Shown: positions 61,010-64,000 of the stretch, in pieces
How the letters are laid out: every line of letters begins with the position of its first letter
Position numbering within the stretch: the stretch's first letter is position 1
Source of the DNA: Octopus bimaculoides
Lineage: Eukaryota
Assembly: GCF_001194135.2 (NCBI RefSeq)
Contig: NC_069004.1
Coordinates: 20,191,029 to 20,255,028 of the forward strand
DNA length: 64,000 nucleotides
Reading direction: 5' to 3'
Notes under the pieces: generated by a model
Told to the model about the DNA's origin: nothing
The model's database searches: none
What the model saw: the letters and a program-made list of their open reading frames with translations, nothing else
Made by a program: the position numbers and the translations under genes

Positions 61010-61103
61010 GAGAAAGATATGGTATAATTTTTTTCTGCAGGGGTTCCTTGAGACATAATTTATTTTAAGGGTTACGCATGGATAAAAAGGTTGAGAAACT
61101 CTG
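61010..61103. mobile_element. Possible hAT-type MITE terminus
   Basis: AAAAAGGTTGAGAAACTCTG is the reverse complement of CAGAGTTTCTCAACCTTTTT, a hAT TIR-like sequence. Partner end unclear. Confidence 0.35.
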
Positions 61104-62339
61104 CTCTACACACTCCAATCTCATTTTCATCATGGCTATCAATTCTTTAAATAACGTCATCCCTTATGATGTATCCAGAACCCAACCAACTGCATCAACT
61201 TTTTAATGACATTATAAATTACATAAATCTTTACATGTGTTTCATTAGTGTATCCTAGTACAACATGCAATAATTGTTACAGACAATTGCATATTGTGCT
61301 TAGAATACCAGATCATCAGAAGTAATATGTAATTTAATCAATTGTTGGTTATCTACTTTAGTTGATAGGCATAGCAAAACTGAAAATTGTGTATAATCTG
61401 AAAGTTATACTATAAGGAAAGGAATGTTATTTTTATTAGTGAGATAAAGAAAGAAGGTGAGAAAGAATGCAGTCAGGATTCCAAAGAAGAGAAGAAATTG
61501 ACTCCTAAACTATTTGGATCATAGAAAGTATAAAGTTAACAACAAATGGCTAAGCATTTGGTGGTAGAAAAGTTTGGACAGTACATGCCTATTCATTCAT
61601 ATGTGCTCATGCATACAAAAGGTAGTACAAATACTCACTTACATGCATACATGCACACTTCATTTTTTATTACTGTACCATTACCTAGCTCAAGGAGAGA
61701 AGAAAATAAGAGCTCAATCTCATTTGTGACAGTAAACAATTTTGTTCATATATCTAGAATTGGGGTGTATGCTAGTCACCTACTGGTCAGGTTCATAAGG
61801 TCAGGTTATAAGTGTGTGCCCTTATCTCATGTGAAAAGTCATAAATGAGGGTCACTGTAATACCAACAGTGTCATTCATTTCCAGTGTTCTGGAAACAGA
61901 AAGAGTACCCCAAAATTTAAAAAAATCTGCCTCAATACACATGCACAGATATAGGAAGGTTTCTACACAGATCCTACCCAAATGTCATTTACAAAGTATT
62001 GATCAACAAAGAGCAACAGTAGAAGACACCAACCCAGTACATTGTGCAGAAGAAATCTAGAACACATTGTGAAACAACCATGTCCATTTTTCCTTTTCTA
62101 TCCACCAGTTTGGAAGCACTATAAAAAGATTATGGATGCCATGCTACTTCTTAGAATGCACTCAGTGTTGAATCCCCAATTAATGATAATAGAGATTAAT
62201 AAAGTTTAACCCTTTTGACACCAACCCACCAGAGACAAACTTTCTGTTTAAAGTGATTTGTATTAAAACTCCAAATTTCTATATCAGTTTACATTTTAAT
62301 AATGACAAAACTATTTTATTAAATTCTTCATTATTTTAA

Positions 62340-62885
62340 CTATTCTTCCTTACACTTTTGCCGTCTCCTACTCTTTCCCTCCAGCTGGGTAGCCATATAT
62401 CTCCTCTACAACAGCACACCTATTTCTGTCCTTATTCTTGGTCACTCTCTCTCACTGGTTAACTATGTACCTCCTCTATAGCAAGACACCTATTCTGTCA
62501 CACTAACCTTTCATCATCTGACATGAGTACCCCTCCTCAAATGCCTCTGCCCATCTCATAATTCCTTGTCTTGCAAGTTACATGGTGACCCTGCCAGTGC
62601 TGGTGCCATGCAAAAAGCATCCAGTCCACACTGTAAAGTGGTTGGCATTTGGAAGGGCATCCAGCTGTAAAAATCATACCAAAACTAACCTTGTCTGTGC
62701 TAGTGCCACGTAAAAAGCATTGAGTCCACTCTGCAGAATGGCTGGTGTTAGGAAGGACATCCAGCCATAAAAACCCTGCCAAAACACAGTAGCATAGGGA
62801 ATTTTTCTACTTGGCCAGCTCCTGTGAACTGTCCTATCCATGCATGCATGGGAAATGGACAGTAAATGATGATGATGATGATAAA
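62340..62885 (+). mobile_element. Composite repeat: pyrimidine-rich body, linker and double-unit RTE tail ending (GAT)n
   Basis: GGGTAGCCATATATCTCC and TAGCAAGACACC motifs, linker TTGTCTTGCAAGTTACATGGTGACC, tail GGAAATGGACAGTAAATGATGATGATGATGAT. Confidence 0.7.
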
Positions 62886-63304
62886 TATGCTAATGAAAGG
62901 TTTAAAGAGCTAAATATTAAGTAACAGCAAAAGATTTTCTCATGTTATAAAACCTCAAACTTTTATAACATGAACAAATTAGTTCCATTAGTTAGGGAAG
63001 ATGAAAGATCAAGACCAGGATATTTTGCACAAACTACAAAAAAGAGTTTATTACTTCACAGGACTCAAAATTTCATGTGGAACAGAAAGAATTACTTATC
63101 AATCCTGCAGCACAAATAGGCAGGAGAGATGAGGCATTTGTGATGATATAACTACTGTTTCTTTGGCAATCCAAACATTACTAAAGTCTTCATTTTGTCA
63201 TAGTATTGTAGCCTAGATTTGCAGCTCTTGTGAAGTGATATGTAGCTACAAAAAATAAATTAAAAATTTTTTTAAATCTCAAAATATTATTGAAACATTA
63301 TTAT

Positions 63305-63626
63305 AAGCATGGCTGTGTGGTAAGAAGCTTGCTTCTGAAGTACATGGATTTGGATTCAGTCCCACTGCATGGCACCTTGGGCAAGTGTCTACTATAGCCC
63401 TAGGCCTTTTGAATGGATGTGGTAGACAAACTGAAAAATGTTTGTCATGTATATGTGTTTGTCCCAACAAATGGTGTTAGGTTGTTTATATCCTTGTAAC
63501 TTAGTGGTTTGGTAAAGGAGCCTGGTAGAACAAGTACCAGGCTTAAATGTTCTGGGGTTGATTTGTTTGACTAAATCCTTCAAGGTAGTGGCCCAGCCTG
63601 GCCACAGTCCAACAACTGAAACAAGT
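63305..63626 (+). mobile_element. SINE (dominant family), older full-length copy
   Basis: GCATGGCTGTGTGGTAAGAAGC...GGCACCTTGGGCAAGTG...GGCCACAGTCCAACAACTGAAACAAG. Confidence 0.82.
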
Positions 63627-64000
63627 TAACACATATATATGAAGTCTTAGTATAAGCTATATATTGTAAATTTGAATAAGCTTGAGAAGAAGCTCAGTTT
63701 TATTTGTGACTTAATACAACTGGCATAGGGTATTACAATGTTTCGCCTCCCTAAATGTCTTGCAAAAATACACAAGTATCTTCTATAGTCCTACTGTGTG
63801 GTACATTGGGAAGTGTCTTCTACAATGCAGTAATCCCTCGCCATATCATAGTTCATTATTTAAGCTTATGTTGATTCCTGTGGTGTAGTTTTGCATTTAT
63901 AACAAAATAAATACATACAAATTATAAAAATAGAAAAAATATACAGTACAGTAGTTTCTACTTCATAGATTTTCATTTATCGGTGGGGATGGGGTGGAAC

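Noticed and set aside
61784-61810. Clustered AGGTCA-like half-sites (possible nuclear-receptor element)
   Set aside because: Explained by a short local duplication (GGTCAGGTT-ATA). No promoter context or conservation evidence.
1-64000. CRISPR arrays, rRNA genes, prokaryotic operons or contamination
   Set aside because: No regular repeat-spacer arrays or rRNA-like sequence. The content is uniformly eukaryotic (spliceosomal introns, SINEs and LINEs).

Overview
This is AT-rich, repeat-dense animal genomic DNA from a gapped draft assembly with many N-runs. The repeat content (tRNA-head SINEs with internal TA/TG microsatellites, abundant RTE-clade LINEs ending in (GAT)n) suggests an octopus or other coleoid cephalopod; the species is inferred, not shown. 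One protein-coding gene is well supported: a PRL-family phosphatase (PTP4A/PRL-1-like) on the minus strand. It has five coding exons (22523-22413, 19013-18921, 13976-13846, 12309-12235, 10821-10713; 519 nt, 172 aa + stop), all GT-AG introns, an intact HCVAGLGR P-loop, a polybasic tail and an unusual CCIN terminus. The first coding exon carries about 500 nt of 5' leader with three uORFs and a bulged hairpin. A largely transposon-free, U-rich stretch downstream may be a ~6.4 kb 3'UTR. The rest is introns or upstream sequence filled with decayed elements: about ten RTE LINE copies or fragments (their RT region carries an inserted PHD-type C4HC3 finger), a second RTE family, several SINEs, two mariner and two maT/DD37D-like elements, a piggyBac relic, a Helitron/hAT/Tigger stack, MITE-like elements and a solo LTR with a 5-bp TSD. 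No intact transposon ORF, rRNA, true tRNA or CRISPR array was found. The best leads are the uORF-rich PRL leader (possible invertebrate counterpart of the Mg2+-responsive uORF control of mammalian PRL-2), the PHD finger inside the RTE reverse transcriptase, a candidate distal 5'UTR exon, and a pyrimidine-rich non-autonomous family that borrows the RTE tail.
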